The notes: generated from the letters alone by a model not told the origin. A stretch of 64,000 nucleotides of DNA from Myxococcota bacterium (GCA_041687695.1 JAWLBL010000020.1:1-64000); one strand, 5' to 3'. Shown: positions 11,862 to 21,608, counted from the first letter of the stretch. Numbers and translations are program-made.

Positions 11862-13556
11862 GTGTACGCCCTCCTCGCAGCCCTGACCGCGCTCGCCGGG
11901 GGCGCGGCCTGCCGGCAGGCGCCGCAGGACCCGCCGGTCCTGCCGGCCTGGATGGAGTCGGCCGCCAAGGTGTCCGACCGCCCGGCGCCGCCTCGCGAGC
12001 GTCCGAGCGAGCGAGACACCCGGCCGCCCGAGGTGGCGGTCCTGAGCCCGCGCGCCGGTGCGACGGTGACGCCCGACCAGGGGCGCGTGCGGCTCGAGCT
12101 GAGCGTGACCGACGCCCAGAGCGGTGTGGCCAGCCTCCAGGTCGCAGGACGCCCGGTCGACGTCCCCAGGGGCGCGCGGGCGGCGCTGGCCAACGTCGAC
12201 GTGGACGTCCGCCCCGGCCTGGCGACCGTGCCCATCGACGTGGTCGACGTGGCGGGCAACCGGCGCCGAGTCCTGCACCCGCTGGTGACCGCGGACGCCT
12301 GGATGGCGCCCAACGCCCCGCTGCCCACCGAGGCCGCGGTGCAGGTGACCCAGGCCGGGCTCGGCCGCGACGCGCTCGGGCGCCTCGTCGAGGAGGCGCT
12401 GGCCGACTTCTCGGTCGCCGACCACCTGCCCACGCCCCTGGTCGAGACCCTCGGGCACGCGGTCTCGCTCGAGGATCTCACCCACGCCCGGCCGCGCGTC
12501 ACCCTGACGCCGCTCTCCGGCGGCGCGCGCGTCCGCATGCGCATCCCCGCCTTCGCCGCCGACGTCGTCCTGCGCGGCCCGCTCGAGGCGCGGGCGCGCA
12601 TCTGGGCCGACGCCATCGTCGCCGAACTGTCCGTCTTCGCCGGCATCGCCGGGGGGCGCCCGATCGCGCTCCCCGGCCGCGTCGTCGTCAGCCTCGAAGG
12701 GCTCGACGTGGGCCTGCCCCGGACGCTGCCGTCGCTGACGCGCACCATCCGCGGCGCCATCGAGCGCCAGCTCAGCGCGCGCCTGCGCGACGAGGTGCAC
12801 TACGCCCTGCCCGACGCCGTCGACGAGGTCGCCGCGGCCCTGCGAGGCCACCAACGCGCGGCCGTCGCCCTGCCGCTCGGGGGCGCCGCGCCGGTCGAGG
12901 TCGCCTTCGACATCCGCCCCGCGTTCGCGACGCTGGCCAGGACCGGCCTGTCGGCCTCGGTCGTCACCACGGTGCGCGGCCCCGACTCGCAGCGCTCGAT
13001 CCCCCGCCTCGACGGCTGCGGGACCCCCGGGCACCTCAGCGCCGAGGGACCGCTGACCGTCGCCGTCCCCTTCGAGGTCGTCAACGCCCTCAGCCACGCC
13101 TTCCACGCGGGGGGCGGCTGGGACGTCGAGATCCCCGCGTCGGCCGCGCGCCCCGCCGTCGAGCCGGTCGACGTGGACGTCCGGCTGCCTCCGGTCGTGA
13201 CCGGGTGCGGCGCCCCGGACGGCGCCGTCCTGGTCCAGTTCGCCGGCCTGCGCGTGCGCACGGTCCTGCAGTTCGCGAAGCTCCGCCTGCCCATCGACGC
13301 CGAGGTCGCCTTCGACATCGTCGTCCGCGTCCGGGCGACCCCCGAGGGGCAGGTCGAGCTGGCGCCCGAGCTGGCCTCCGGCTCGCTCGTGTCCACCAGC
13401 ACGCTGGTCGAGTCCTTCGCGCCCGCCCTCGCCACCCACCTCATCCCCTTCCGCCTGCCTCCCGACTCGGGCCCCGCCGCCTTCGGCCTGGACTTCCACA
13501 TCCGCCGCGTCGCCGTCGACCACGCCGGGGTCGTGCTCGAGGGCAGCGCGCGCTGA
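11862..13556 (+). CDS. hypothetical lipoprotein, Ig-like domain followed by a possible BPI/LBP (TULIP)-like region
   Basis: Lipobox GAAC; DTRPPEVAVLSP...VTDAQSGV...DVAGN; start estimated (GTG 11862) within the long ORF 9816..13556. Confidence 0.55.
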   Translation: MYALLAALTALAGGAACRQAPQDPPVLPAWMESAAKVSDRPAPPRERPSERDTRPPEVAVLSPRAGATVTPDQGRVRLELSVTDAQSGVASLQVAGRPVDVPRGARAALANVDVDVRPGLATVPIDVVDVAGNRRRVLHPLVTADAWMAPNAPLPTEAAVQVTQAGLGRDALGRLVEEALADFSVADHLPTPLVETLGHAVSLEDLTHARPRVTLTPLSGGARVRMRIPAFAADVVLRGPLEARARIWADAIVAELSVFAGIAGGRPIALPGRVVVSLEGLDVGLPRTLPSLTRTIRGAIERQLSARLRDEVHYALPDAVDEVAAALRGHQRAAVALPLGGAAPVEVAFDIRPAFATLARTGLSASVVTTVRGPDSQRSIPRLDGCGTPGHLSAEGPLTVAVPFEVVNALSHAFHAGGGWDVEIPASAARPAVEPVDVDVRLPPVVTGCGAPDGAVLVQFAGLRVRTVLQFAKLRLPIDAEVAFDIVVRVRATPEGQVELAPELASGSLVSTSTLVESFAPALATHLIPFRLPPDSGPAAFGLDFHIRRVAVDHAGVVLEGSAR

Positions 13557-13586
13557 ATTTGTCGCGCCGGCGCGCGCGACTGGCGC

Positions 13587-13615
13587 TTGACAGCCCCGAC
13601 CCCCGGTGTTACCTC
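13587..13615 (+). promoter_or_regulatory. sigma70-type promoter of tRNA-Arg
   Basis: TTGACA-17 bp-TACCTC with TG extension, 15 bp upstream of the tRNA. Confidence 0.55.
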
Positions 13616-13630
13616 GGCGCCTTCCAACGA

Positions 13631-13704
13631 GCGCGGTTAGCTCAGCTGGATAGAGCGTCGGCCTCCGGAGCCGAAGGCCACAGGTTCGAATCCTGTACCG
13701 CGCA
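13631..13704 (+). tRNA. tRNA-Arg(CCG)
   Basis: GCGCGGT/ACCGCGC acceptor stem, D arm AGCTCAGCTGGATAGAGC, anticodon loop CTCCGGA, GGTTCGAATCC; CCA not encoded. Confidence 0.95.
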
Positions 13705-13717
13705 CTGAATCGCCTCT

Positions 13718-13748
13718 CGGCCCCTGAGCCTCCTCGGGGGCCGTTTTC
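13718..13748 (+). terminator. intrinsic terminator after tRNA-Arg
   Basis: cggcccctgag...ctcgggggccg followed by tttt. Confidence 0.55.
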
Positions 13749-13767
13749 GTCTCAGGGACCCTCGACC

Positions 13768-14472
13768 ATGAGCGACGTCACGCCGGTCGCGCTGGCGCGG
13801 ACCGTGGCCCGGGCACTCGAGCTTCGGCCCGAGCTCCTCGTCACCCACGCCACGACCGACCCGGCCCTCGCCGAAGCCCTGGGCAGCCTCGCGAGCAGCG
13901 CGGGCGCCCGCCTCGACCCCGAGGCCTCCTTCGCCGAGGCCGGCTTCGTCGTCGTCGACGAGGTCACCCCCGAGGCCCTCGAGCGCGAGGTCCGCGCCCT
14001 GACCCAGCGCGTCCGCCCCGGCGGGCGCGTCGTCGTCGCCGTGCGCGGCGGCCCCGGCGGGCTCAGCATCGAGGCCTTCGCCGAGCAGCACCGGCCGCTG
14101 TTCGACCTCGCTCGGGCCCACGGCCAGCTCGCCGACGGGGTCGCGGTCGTCAGCGGCCCCCGCCGCACGCCGCCGGAGCCCGAGGCCGTCAAGCGCCTAC
14201 GCGGCGTCGGCCACGACCTCGAGCCGACCGTGCTCATCGGCCGCGCGGGCCTGACGCCCGAGCTGGTCGCCGCCGCGCGCACGGCCCTCGAGCGCCACGG
14301 CATCTTGAAGGCCCGCCTGACGCCCCAGAGCGATCTGGACAAGGACGCGGCCGCGCGCCGGCTTGCGGCCGCGACGGGCGGCTACCTGGTGCACCGCGTC
14401 GGCAAGATGATGCTGATCGTGCGCCCGGACGTGCCGCTCGACCCGCCGGTCTTCAAGCGCCGCCGCCACTGA
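13768..14472 (+). CDS. YhbY/CRM-domain RNA-binding protein with N-terminal extension
   Basis: C-terminal LRGVGHDLEPTVLIGRAGLT...ALERHGILK...VGKMMLI matches the CRM domain. Confidence 0.75.
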   Translation: MSDVTPVALARTVARALELRPELLVTHATTDPALAEALGSLASSAGARLDPEASFAEAGFVVVDEVTPEALEREVRALTQRVRPGGRVVVAVRGGPGGLSIEAFAEQHRPLFDLARAHGQLADGVAVVSGPRRTPPEPEAVKRLRGVGHDLEPTVLIGRAGLTPELVAAARTALERHGILKARLTPQSDLDKDAAARRLAAATGGYLVHRVGKMMLIVRPDVPLDPPVFKRRRH

Positions 14473-14475
14473 CGA

Positions 14476-17115
14476 TCAGACGCGGGCGGGCCGCCGACCC
14501 GACCCCTGCGCCTTGCGGCCGGGGCGGAACGGCGCCGCCTCGGGCGCGACCCTGACGGCCCCGGCGCCGGTCGCGCCGTCGAGCACCCACAGGGTCCGGA
14601 CGTCGCGCCAGCGGAACGTGTCGCCGTGCGCCCCGGCGCGCGGGCACAGGATCGTCGCGCTCCCCTCGGCGCCGGCCAGCTCGAGCCCCAGCAGGATCAG
14701 CCCGTCCACGCGCAGCGCCTGGGCGAGCTCGGCGAAGCTCCAGCGCGCCTCCAGGGCGTGCCCGGGCTCGGGCCGCATGGCCGTGAAGCTCGGGCCGTGC
14801 GGGGCCAGGATCTCGCCGAAGATGGCGTCGAAGCCGGGCACCGTGACCGACTGCAGCGCGAAGCACGCGCGCAGCGTCTTGCTGCTGACGATCCGCAAGG
14901 GCCGCCCCGCGGCCGCGCGCGTGGGCCCGACGGCGCGCGCGAAGCGCTGCTCGAGCCGCCGGCCGAGCGCCTCGTCGAGCACTTCGGCCAGCATCCGGAA
15001 GCCAGGGGCGAAGGCGTCGGGCGCGCGCGCCATCAGGTCGGCCACCTTCAGCACGGCGACCGCCGTGCGCCCGTCGCTGGCGGGATCGTAGCCGCCGAAG
15101 AAGGTGACGACGTCCATCTGGCCGATGTGGCGCGTCGGCGCGTTGGGCGGCCCCGGCAGGTTCAGCAGGACGGCGTCCGAGGTCCAGTCCCCCAGGCGCA
15201 ACTCGACCAGCCCTCGCGCGTGCACCTCGCCGGCGGGGCGGTAGCCGAAGCGGCCGTCGGCGCGCTGCTCGAAGTGGCCCTCGGCGTCTGGACCGACCGG
15301 CATCCCGGCGCGCCAACGCACCCCTCGGGCCGACAGCGCCGCCCGGGCGCGGGCCTCGGCGGTCTCGTCCTCGACCAGCAGCAGGATCTCGACCTCGGGA
15401 TCCGCCTCGATGAGCTGCTCGCACAGGTGCAGGGTCGCGGGCCGGAACCCGCACAGCAGGACCTGCCGCGCCGCGGCCTCGGCGTGTCGTCGGACGGGCG
15501 GAGCGCCGCGCTGCTTGGAGCGCACGGGCACCTCGGCCGGCAGCCCGTGCGCCAACATGCGCTCGCCGAATCGGCGGACCGCGTCGAAGTTCTGGGCCAG
15601 CGCGACGAAGCCGCGGACCTCGCGCGTCGGCAGCCGCGTCGCCGCACCGGGCGGACCGCCCATGACCAACTCGAAGCCGCGTGGGCCGGGGCCGGTCACC
15701 GGGTCGCAGGGCACGATGAAGCCCAGCGGCACCAGCCGGTCGCCCTCGAGGGCGGCGAGGCCGGCCTCGAGCATGGCGTCGAACGAGACGGGCCGGTCGG
15801 CGACGAGGCGACGGCCTGGGCAGTCGAGCCCCGGCTCGTCCATGAACCAGGTGTAGATCTCGTGCCCGTGGCTGGTGAGCAGGATGCGGAGCAGGTCCTC
15901 GAGGCCCGGCTGGCGCAACATCGCCGCCATCACCAGGGCGAGCAGCCGCTCGGTGGGCACGACCACGGTGCGAGAGCCGCCGGCCACGCGCGCGGCCGCG
16001 ACGTTGTCGTGGTGCAGGATCTCGGCGACCAGCCACGCGTGCGTGTTCACCTCGCGGGCCATCAACATCAGGCCCGCGGTCTCGGCGTCCGGGTCGGCGG
16101 CCTCGAGATCGGCCAGGATGACGATGCGGCGGGCGCGGGCGGCGTCGACCCGCGCCATCAGGTCGGACTCCCCGGGCGTGCCGAAGCGGTAGACGACCCG
16201 GGCCAGCTCGGCGTCGTTGAGGAAGTTCGGCCGCTCGTCGCCGTGGCCCAGGATGGCGTAGCGGGGGACCGCGAAGAGCTTGCGGTAGTAGCGCATCAGC
16301 TCGTGGAGCAGCCGCGGCAAGGCCGGGGTGACGTTGACCAGGACGGTGTGCCCGCGCAGGCCCGGCGGTCGGTTGCGGTTGAGCTCGACCAGCTCACGGA
16401 CCACGTCGGCGCCGAGCCCGATGAGGAAGCTGACCAGGAACAGCCCGAACACGGTCAGGGCCAGGCTGACGATGACGCCGATGGCCTGGTCGGGCGCCGC
16501 CAGCATGTTGCCCGGGTCCTGGATCTGGCGGAAAGCCCACCACAGCTGCGTCAGGAAGCGCTCGTCGGAGGCGTCGACCGCGCCGTCGTCGTCGAAGTCG
16601 AGGCCGCTCGCGCCCAGGTGCGACAGGACGATGGCGCCGGCGAAGGACATCGCGGCGACCAGGGCGCCCATGAGCACGATCTGGCGCGTCCGCTCGCGGC
16701 GCGACAGGACCCCCCAGAGGTCGCGCAGCAGGGGCGCCCAGTAGGCAGCGATGAGCAGCAGGCGCGTCAGCCGGAACAGGCGCAGCCAACGTGCGTGCGC
16801 GTCGCCGATGGACCAGGGTACGAAGGAGGCGAGCGCGACCAGGTCGACGCCCAGGAGCACGAGCTGCCCCAGGCGCCGGCGGCCGGGCGCCTGGCGCTCC
16901 TCGTCGTCCTCCTCGGGGACGTGGAACCAGGCGAGCGCGCGCGCCGTCAGCTCGACCGCGAACACCGCGAAGAAGCCCCACTGCACGGCGTGCCAGCGGC
17001 CGTCGTCCCAGGGAAGCAGGCTCAGGATGATGGCCACGCTGAGGCCCAGCCGGACCTCGAACCGGTTCAGCAGGCGGTCTGCGGCTCGTGAGGTCCGCGC
17101 TAGACGCGAGGGCAT
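14476..17115 (-). CDS. 6-TM cation channel with voltage-sensor-like S1-S4, CASTOR/POLLUX-like pore and RCK-like cytoplasmic domains
   Basis: FAVELTAR (S2), VDLVAL (S3), RWLRLFRLTR (S4), LWWAFRQIQDPGN pore, GHTVLVN and QVLLCGF Rossmann starts, ARARRIVIL. Confidence 0.7.
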   Translation of the reverse strand: MPSRLARTSRAADRLLNRFEVRLGLSVAIILSLLPWDDGRWHAVQWGFFAVFAVELTARALAWFHVPEEDDEERQAPGRRRLGQLVLLGVDLVALASFVPWSIGDAHARWLRLFRLTRLLLIAAYWAPLLRDLWGVLSRRERTRQIVLMGALVAAMSFAGAIVLSHLGASGLDFDDDGAVDASDERFLTQLWWAFRQIQDPGNMLAAPDQAIGVIVSLALTVFGLFLVSFLIGLGADVVRELVELNRNRPPGLRGHTVLVNVTPALPRLLHELMRYYRKLFAVPRYAILGHGDERPNFLNDAELARVVYRFGTPGESDLMARVDAARARRIVILADLEAADPDAETAGLMLMAREVNTHAWLVAEILHHDNVAAARVAGGSRTVVVPTERLLALVMAAMLRQPGLEDLLRILLTSHGHEIYTWFMDEPGLDCPGRRLVADRPVSFDAMLEAGLAALEGDRLVPLGFIVPCDPVTGPGPRGFELVMGGPPGAATRLPTREVRGFVALAQNFDAVRRFGERMLAHGLPAEVPVRSKQRGAPPVRRHAEAAARQVLLCGFRPATLHLCEQLIEADPEVEILLLVEDETAEARARAALSARGVRWRAGMPVGPDAEGHFEQRADGRFGYRPAGEVHARGLVELRLGDWTSDAVLLNLPGPPNAPTRHIGQMDVVTFFGGYDPASDGRTAVAVLKVADLMARAPDAFAPGFRMLAEVLDEALGRRLEQRFARAVGPTRAAAGRPLRIVSSKTLRACFALQSVTVPGFDAIFGEILAPHGPSFTAMRPEPGHALEARWSFAELAQALRVDGLILLGLELAGAEGSATILCPRAGAHGDTFRWRDVRTLWVLDGATGAGAVRVAPEAAPFRPGRKAQGSGRRPARV

Positions 17116-17126
17116 GGGGCGCGCGC

Positions 17127-17864
17127 CTATCGGCCGAGCGGAAGCTTCATCCCGTCGTAGGCGACATCGGCCTTGTGCGACATGCGCCGCACCAGCGTGC
17201 TCGCCTGCGTGTGCGGCGGCGCCGAGCGGCCGATGTGCGTGAAGACGACCTGATCGTTACCAGCCTCGACGTACTCGTGCAGGTGGTTGAGGGCGCCGCG
17301 GTGCGTCGGGAGATCCTTGTCCCAGCCGGCGCCGTCGACCACGAGCAGGTCGTTGCCGCGGAAGAAGGGCAGGGCCTGCTCGGGGATGTGCTTGACGTCG
17401 GAGGCGTAGCAGACCCGCTTCTTGCCCGTGTCGAACAGGTAGCCGTAGTTGGGCGGCGCGTCGGCGCCCGGCGAGGTCTCGAGCGGGAAGCAGGTGATGG
17501 ACAGGTCGCCGGCGGACACGGGCTCGTAGGGGGTCGCGCGCACGTGCTCGAGCTTGGTGAACGGGCCGTAGCGCGTCGCCAGCTCCTTGTAGAGGTCGTC
17601 GGGCGCGAAGAGCTGCACGGACGCCTCGGTCCAGCGGTCGAGGTTGCCCAGCCCGCCGGCGGCGTCGCGCGTCGGGTTGGTCACGACGCAGCCCGTGATC
17701 GACAGCGCCAGCTCGATCTGCTCCTCGAAGTCGTGGGTGACGTCGATGAGCAGGTACGTCGAGATGTTCTGGATGAGGGCGCTCGAGCGTCGTCGGTAGT
17801 TGCGCCCGGTGGCGTCCGTGATGGGCGTCGAGGGACCGGTGCCGAGGAATTGGAAGTAGGCCAT
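17127..17864 (-). CDS. metallo-beta-lactamase-fold protein (PhnP-like) with a degenerate metal motif
   Basis: FLGTGPS, RRRSSALI, LLID, YASDV, VVFTHIG; the HxHxDH position reads NPTRDA. Confidence 0.75.
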   Translation of the reverse strand: MAYFQFLGTGPSTPITDATGRNYRRRSSALIQNISTYLLIDVTHDFEEQIELALSITGCVVTNPTRDAAGGLGNLDRWTEASVQLFAPDDLYKELATRYGPFTKLEHVRATPYEPVSAGDLSITCFPLETSPGADAPPNYGYLFDTGKKRVCYASDVKHIPEQALPFFRGNDLLVVDGAGWDKDLPTHRGALNHLHEYVEAGNDQVVFTHIGRSAPPHTQASTLVRRMSHKADVAYDGMKLPLGR

Positions 17865-17970
17865 GGGTCCAGCTTCGCGGTGGGTGTGGCGGGCCGGTTC
17901 ACGATACGGGGGCGCGGCGCCGGTGACAACACCCGGTGCCGCGCCCCGCGCGCTCAGGTCGCGTCGCCGA

Positions 17971-19284
17971 CTACTGTTGGACGCAGGTCTGGACGTGCCC
18001 GCTGCACTCGTTGGACAGCGCGCTGTCGACGCACGCCGGGTCCGTCGAGTTGGTGCAAGCGCCGTTGGCGCAGAGCAAGACCGCCAGGAAGTCGCCCTGG
18101 GCCTGCAGGGTCCCGGCCTCGATGCAGTCCTGAAGGCAGACATCGCTCTCGCCGCACGTCGACTGGCATTCCCAGATACCGCTGCAGGTCAGGGTGCCGG
18201 AACCCTCGTTGAAGCAGGCCGCCCAGGTGTCCGCGCAGAAGTCGGCTACGCACATCAGATCGGCGCACTGCCAGTTGTTCAAGCACGTGATCAGGCCGCT
18301 GTACTCCGTCAGCGCCAGATCACTGGCCTCCGCGGCGCACGCGTCGGCGCAGGCCTCGGTCTCGCACTCCTGCATGCAACCGAACACGACGTCACAGCTC
18401 ACGCCGCCGCCTCCTCCGATGCACTGCCCCGAGGCCGAGCAGCTCGCGCCCCCGGCGCAGGTCCCGCAGGAGCCGCCGCAGCCATCCGACCCGCACTGCT
18501 TGCCGGCGCAGCTCGCCGTGCAGGTCTGCTGGCACATCCCACCGCTGCACGCCCAGCCCCCCGGGCAGGTGCCGCAGGTCCCGCCGCAACCGTCCGATCC
18601 GCACTCCTTGCCCGAGCACGACGGCACGCACGTGCTCTGGCACTGGCCGGCGAAGCAGTTGCTCCCGCCCGAGCACGTCCCGCACGAGCCGCCGCAGCCG
18701 TCGTCCCCGCACTCCTTGCCCGCGCACGACGGCGCGCACGTGCTCTGGCACTGGCCGGCGACGCAGCTCGTCCCTCCGGAGCACTGGCCGCAGGAGTTGC
18801 CGCACCCGTCGTCGCCGCACTGCTTGCCGGCGCACGAACCCACGCACACCTGGGCCTCGCACATCCCATCGATGCACGACTCGCCAGCCAGGCACGTCCC
18901 GCAGGAGCCAGCGCAACCGTCCGAGCCGCACTCGCGGTCGAAGCAGTCCGGCACGCAGTTGTCGGGCACGCAGCTGCCGCCCTGACAGGTCGACCCGTCG
19001 AGGCACGGCGTCGTGGTGGTCCAGACGCCGCCGACGCAGATCTCGACCGTGTTGCCATTGCACCGGGTCTGCGCGTCCACGCAGTCGCCCGGCGTCGTGC
19101 CGTCCTCCCCGGGGCCGGTGTCCGGGTCACCCTCGTCGGGGGTCTTGTCCGCGTCCGACGTCGTCTGATCCGGCACGACGTCCGGCAGCGGGAAGCCACC
19201 GCCACCGCCGCCGCCGGGGGTGCCGCAGGCCGAGAGGGTGAACGCGAGGGCCCCGAGGGCCGAGACGGTGACAGAAAGCTTCAT
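17971..19284 (-). CDS. Cys-rich repeat lipoprotein
   Basis: Lipobox LSAC; about five CxxSCxGKxCGxDGCGGSCGTC repeats; C-terminal Cys-rich helical repeats. Confidence 0.75.
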   Translation of the reverse strand: MKLSVTVSALGALAFTLSACGTPGGGGGGGFPLPDVVPDQTTSDADKTPDEGDPDTGPGEDGTTPGDCVDAQTRCNGNTVEICVGGVWTTTTPCLDGSTCQGGSCVPDNCVPDCFDRECGSDGCAGSCGTCLAGESCIDGMCEAQVCVGSCAGKQCGDDGCGNSCGQCSGGTSCVAGQCQSTCAPSCAGKECGDDGCGGSCGTCSGGSNCFAGQCQSTCVPSCSGKECGSDGCGGTCGTCPGGWACSGGMCQQTCTASCAGKQCGSDGCGGSCGTCAGGASCSASGQCIGGGGGVSCDVVFGCMQECETEACADACAAEASDLALTEYSGLITCLNNWQCADLMCVADFCADTWAACFNEGSGTLTCSGIWECQSTCGESDVCLQDCIEAGTLQAQGDFLAVLLCANGACTNSTDPACVDSALSNECSGHVQTCVQQ

Positions 19285-19314
19285 ACTCCAACTCCGCAAT
19301 GGGCCCGGTGGCCC

Positions 19315-21597
19315 TCAACAGCCCGAGACGTCGAATCCGCAGACCCCATCGGTGCAGGTGGGGACCTGGCACTCGCTGCCGGGCTCGGGCCCCGGGCACT
19401 CGCTCGCCTCGGCGCAGCATTCGCTGGCATCGACGACGCACGCGCCATCCTGGCAGGTCGCAGTCTCGCACGCCTGGCCGACCTCGCAGTCCTCGTCCGC
19501 CTCGCAGCAGGCGGGGTCCACCTCGTGCGCGCAGGCCCCGTCGGCCTGGCAGGTGTCGACCGTGCAGACCTCGCCGTCGTCGCAGCCGGTCGCTTCGCAG
19601 CACGCCGACTCGTCGAGGCCACAGAACCCGCCCTGGCAGACGGGCGTCGCGCACGGCCGCGCCGGGTCGCCCGGACAGGCCTCGTCCCCCTCGCAGCAGG
19701 CCGAGGCGTCCAGGGTGCAGGTGCCGTCCAGGCAGACGCCGGTCGCGCAGGGCAGGGCGTCCTCGCCCGGGCACTCGGCGTCGGTCACGCAGCAGCCCGG
19801 CGCCGACTCGGTGTGGGTGCAGGCCCCGTCACCGTCACAGGCGTCGACCGTGCAGGGGTTCTCGTCGTCGCAGGCGACCTCGGCCGGCACGATGCCGCAC
19901 ACGAACAGCTCGGGGTGGCAGGCGTTGGCCAGGCATCCTTCGCCGCCCACCTCGCAGTCGTCGGTGGTCAGACAGCAGCCCTCGGGCGCCTGCGAGTCGA
20001 TGGCGAGGTCGTCGATCCAGACGCCCTGGCCGTCGTTGACGGCGCCGTCGACCGTGTCGAAGCGGATCCCCACCGTGATGGTCGCGCCGGCCCACGGGGT
20101 CAGGTCGTAGGTGTACTCCTTCCAGGTGGGCTCGTTGTCGCAGACGAGGGGCGTCTGGATGACGCCATCGACCAGGATCTCGGTCCGGTCGTAGCTGCAG
20201 CCGTCCTCGGCGACGTCGTGGAAGACCCACAGGCGCAGCGTGGACTGACCCGGCGGCAGGGCGACCTGCCGCGACGCCGTCGCCTGCGTCAGGCCGAAGT
20301 CGTAGGTGTAGTTGGGGACCTTGCCCACGTACAGGCTGGCCGCGCCGGTGTGGCTCTGGGTGGTGTCACGCTGCCAGACGACGTCACTGTTGTTGCTGGT
20401 CAGGGTCCAGCCGGCGAGGGCGGCCTCCTCGAAGCCCTCGGCGAGCAGCGCTCCGCCGCCGAGTGGGCCGTACGGCGTCTGCTGGCACAGGCCGTCCACG
20501 CAAGCGTCCAGCGTGCACGGAGAGCCATCGTCGCAGTCCATGGCCGTGAAGGCGCAGTAGCCGTCGACGCAGGCGTCCAGCGTGCAGGCGTCGCCGTCGT
20601 CGCAGCCCTCGTCGGCGTCGCAGCACAGGGGGTCGGGCGCGCCCGGGACGCACGCCCCGGCGCTGCACTTGTCGCCGAGCGTGCAGGGGTCGCCGTCGCT
20701 GCAGGCACCGGTGTGCGGCGTGAACACGCAGCCGATGGCCGGATCGCAGTAGTCGGACGTGCACGGGTTGCCGTCGTCGCACTTGACCAGGGTCCCGACG
20801 CACGCGCCGTCCTTGCACAGGTCGCCCGTGGTGCAGGCGTCGGCGTCGTCGCAGGCGCCGTCCAGGATGGTGTACTGGCAGCCGACCGCAGGCTCGCACA
20901 CGTCGGTCGTGCACGGGCTCGCGTCGTCGCAGTCGACCTCGGCGCCCGGGACGCACAGGCCGTCGACGCACTGGTCGCCCTGCGTGCAGGCGTTCCCGTC
21001 GGTGCACGCGCCCGTGCGCTGCGTCCACTGGCAGCCCTTGGCCTTGTCGCACTTGTCGTCCGTGCAGGCGTTCTGGTCGTCGCAGTCGACGGCCGTGCCC
21101 TGGCACACGCCCTTGAAGCAGTGGTCGCCCGTCGTACACACGCTGCCGTCGTCACACGGCTTCTGATGATAGGTGTGGACGCAGCCGCTGGCCGGGTCGC
21201 AGGCGTCGTTGGTGCACTCGTTGCCGTCGTCGCAGGGCAGGGCGTCTCCCTGTCCGCACACGCCGTCCTGGCACTGGCTGCCGCTGGTGCACAGGTCGCC
21301 GTCGTCGCAGGCCGTGCCGTCGGCGGCGGCGGCCGTCGTGCACTGCCCATCGACGCACGCCAGCTGCTGGCAGACCGGCAGCGGGCCGGTCGTCGCGCAG
21401 TCGGCGACCGTCTGGCACGCGCCGGGGATGACCTCGAAGCCGCCCCCGTCGCCGTCCTCGGGTGTATCGGTGACCTCGACGTCCGGCGCCTTGGTGTCGG
21501 GCGAGCTCGGCGTGTCGGGGCACCCGGCCAGCCCGGCCGTGACGGCGAGCGCTACGAAGACGAGGGGATGCGGGCGGCGGAGGGCGTTCGGGCGCAT
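19315..21597 (-). CDS. Cys-rich repeat lipoprotein with a central MAM/cleaved-adhesin-like beta-sandwich
   Basis: Lipobox LAGC; many CDDGNxCTxDxC repeats; EGFE...W...YTYDLTPWAG.TITVGIRF...GVWIDDL. Confidence 0.75.
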   Translation of the reverse strand: MRPNALRRPHPLVFVALAVTAGLAGCPDTPSSPDTKAPDVEVTDTPEDGDGGGFEVIPGACQTVADCATTGPLPVCQQLACVDGQCTTAAAADGTACDDGDLCTSGSQCQDGVCGQGDALPCDDGNECTNDACDPASGCVHTYHQKPCDDGSVCTTGDHCFKGVCQGTAVDCDDQNACTDDKCDKAKGCQWTQRTGACTDGNACTQGDQCVDGLCVPGAEVDCDDASPCTTDVCEPAVGCQYTILDGACDDADACTTGDLCKDGACVGTLVKCDDGNPCTSDYCDPAIGCVFTPHTGACSDGDPCTLGDKCSAGACVPGAPDPLCCDADEGCDDGDACTLDACVDGYCAFTAMDCDDGSPCTLDACVDGLCQQTPYGPLGGGALLAEGFEEAALAGWTLTSNNSDVVWQRDTTQSHTGAASLYVGKVPNYTYDFGLTQATASRQVALPPGQSTLRLWVFHDVAEDGCSYDRTEILVDGVIQTPLVCDNEPTWKEYTYDLTPWAGATITVGIRFDTVDGAVNDGQGVWIDDLAIDSQAPEGCCLTTDDCEVGGEGCLANACHPELFVCGIVPAEVACDDENPCTVDACDGDGACTHTESAPGCCVTDAECPGEDALPCATGVCLDGTCTLDASACCEGDEACPGDPARPCATPVCQGGFCGLDESACCEATGCDDGEVCTVDTCQADGACAHEVDPACCEADEDCEVGQACETATCQDGACVVDASECCAEASECPGPEPGSECQVPTCTDGVCGFDVSGC

Positions 21598-21608
21598 GGC
21601 GGCGGACC

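Noticed and set aside
13631..13770. Genomic island integrated at tRNA-Arg
   Set aside because: No integrase, no duplicated tRNA 3' end and no visible compositional shift
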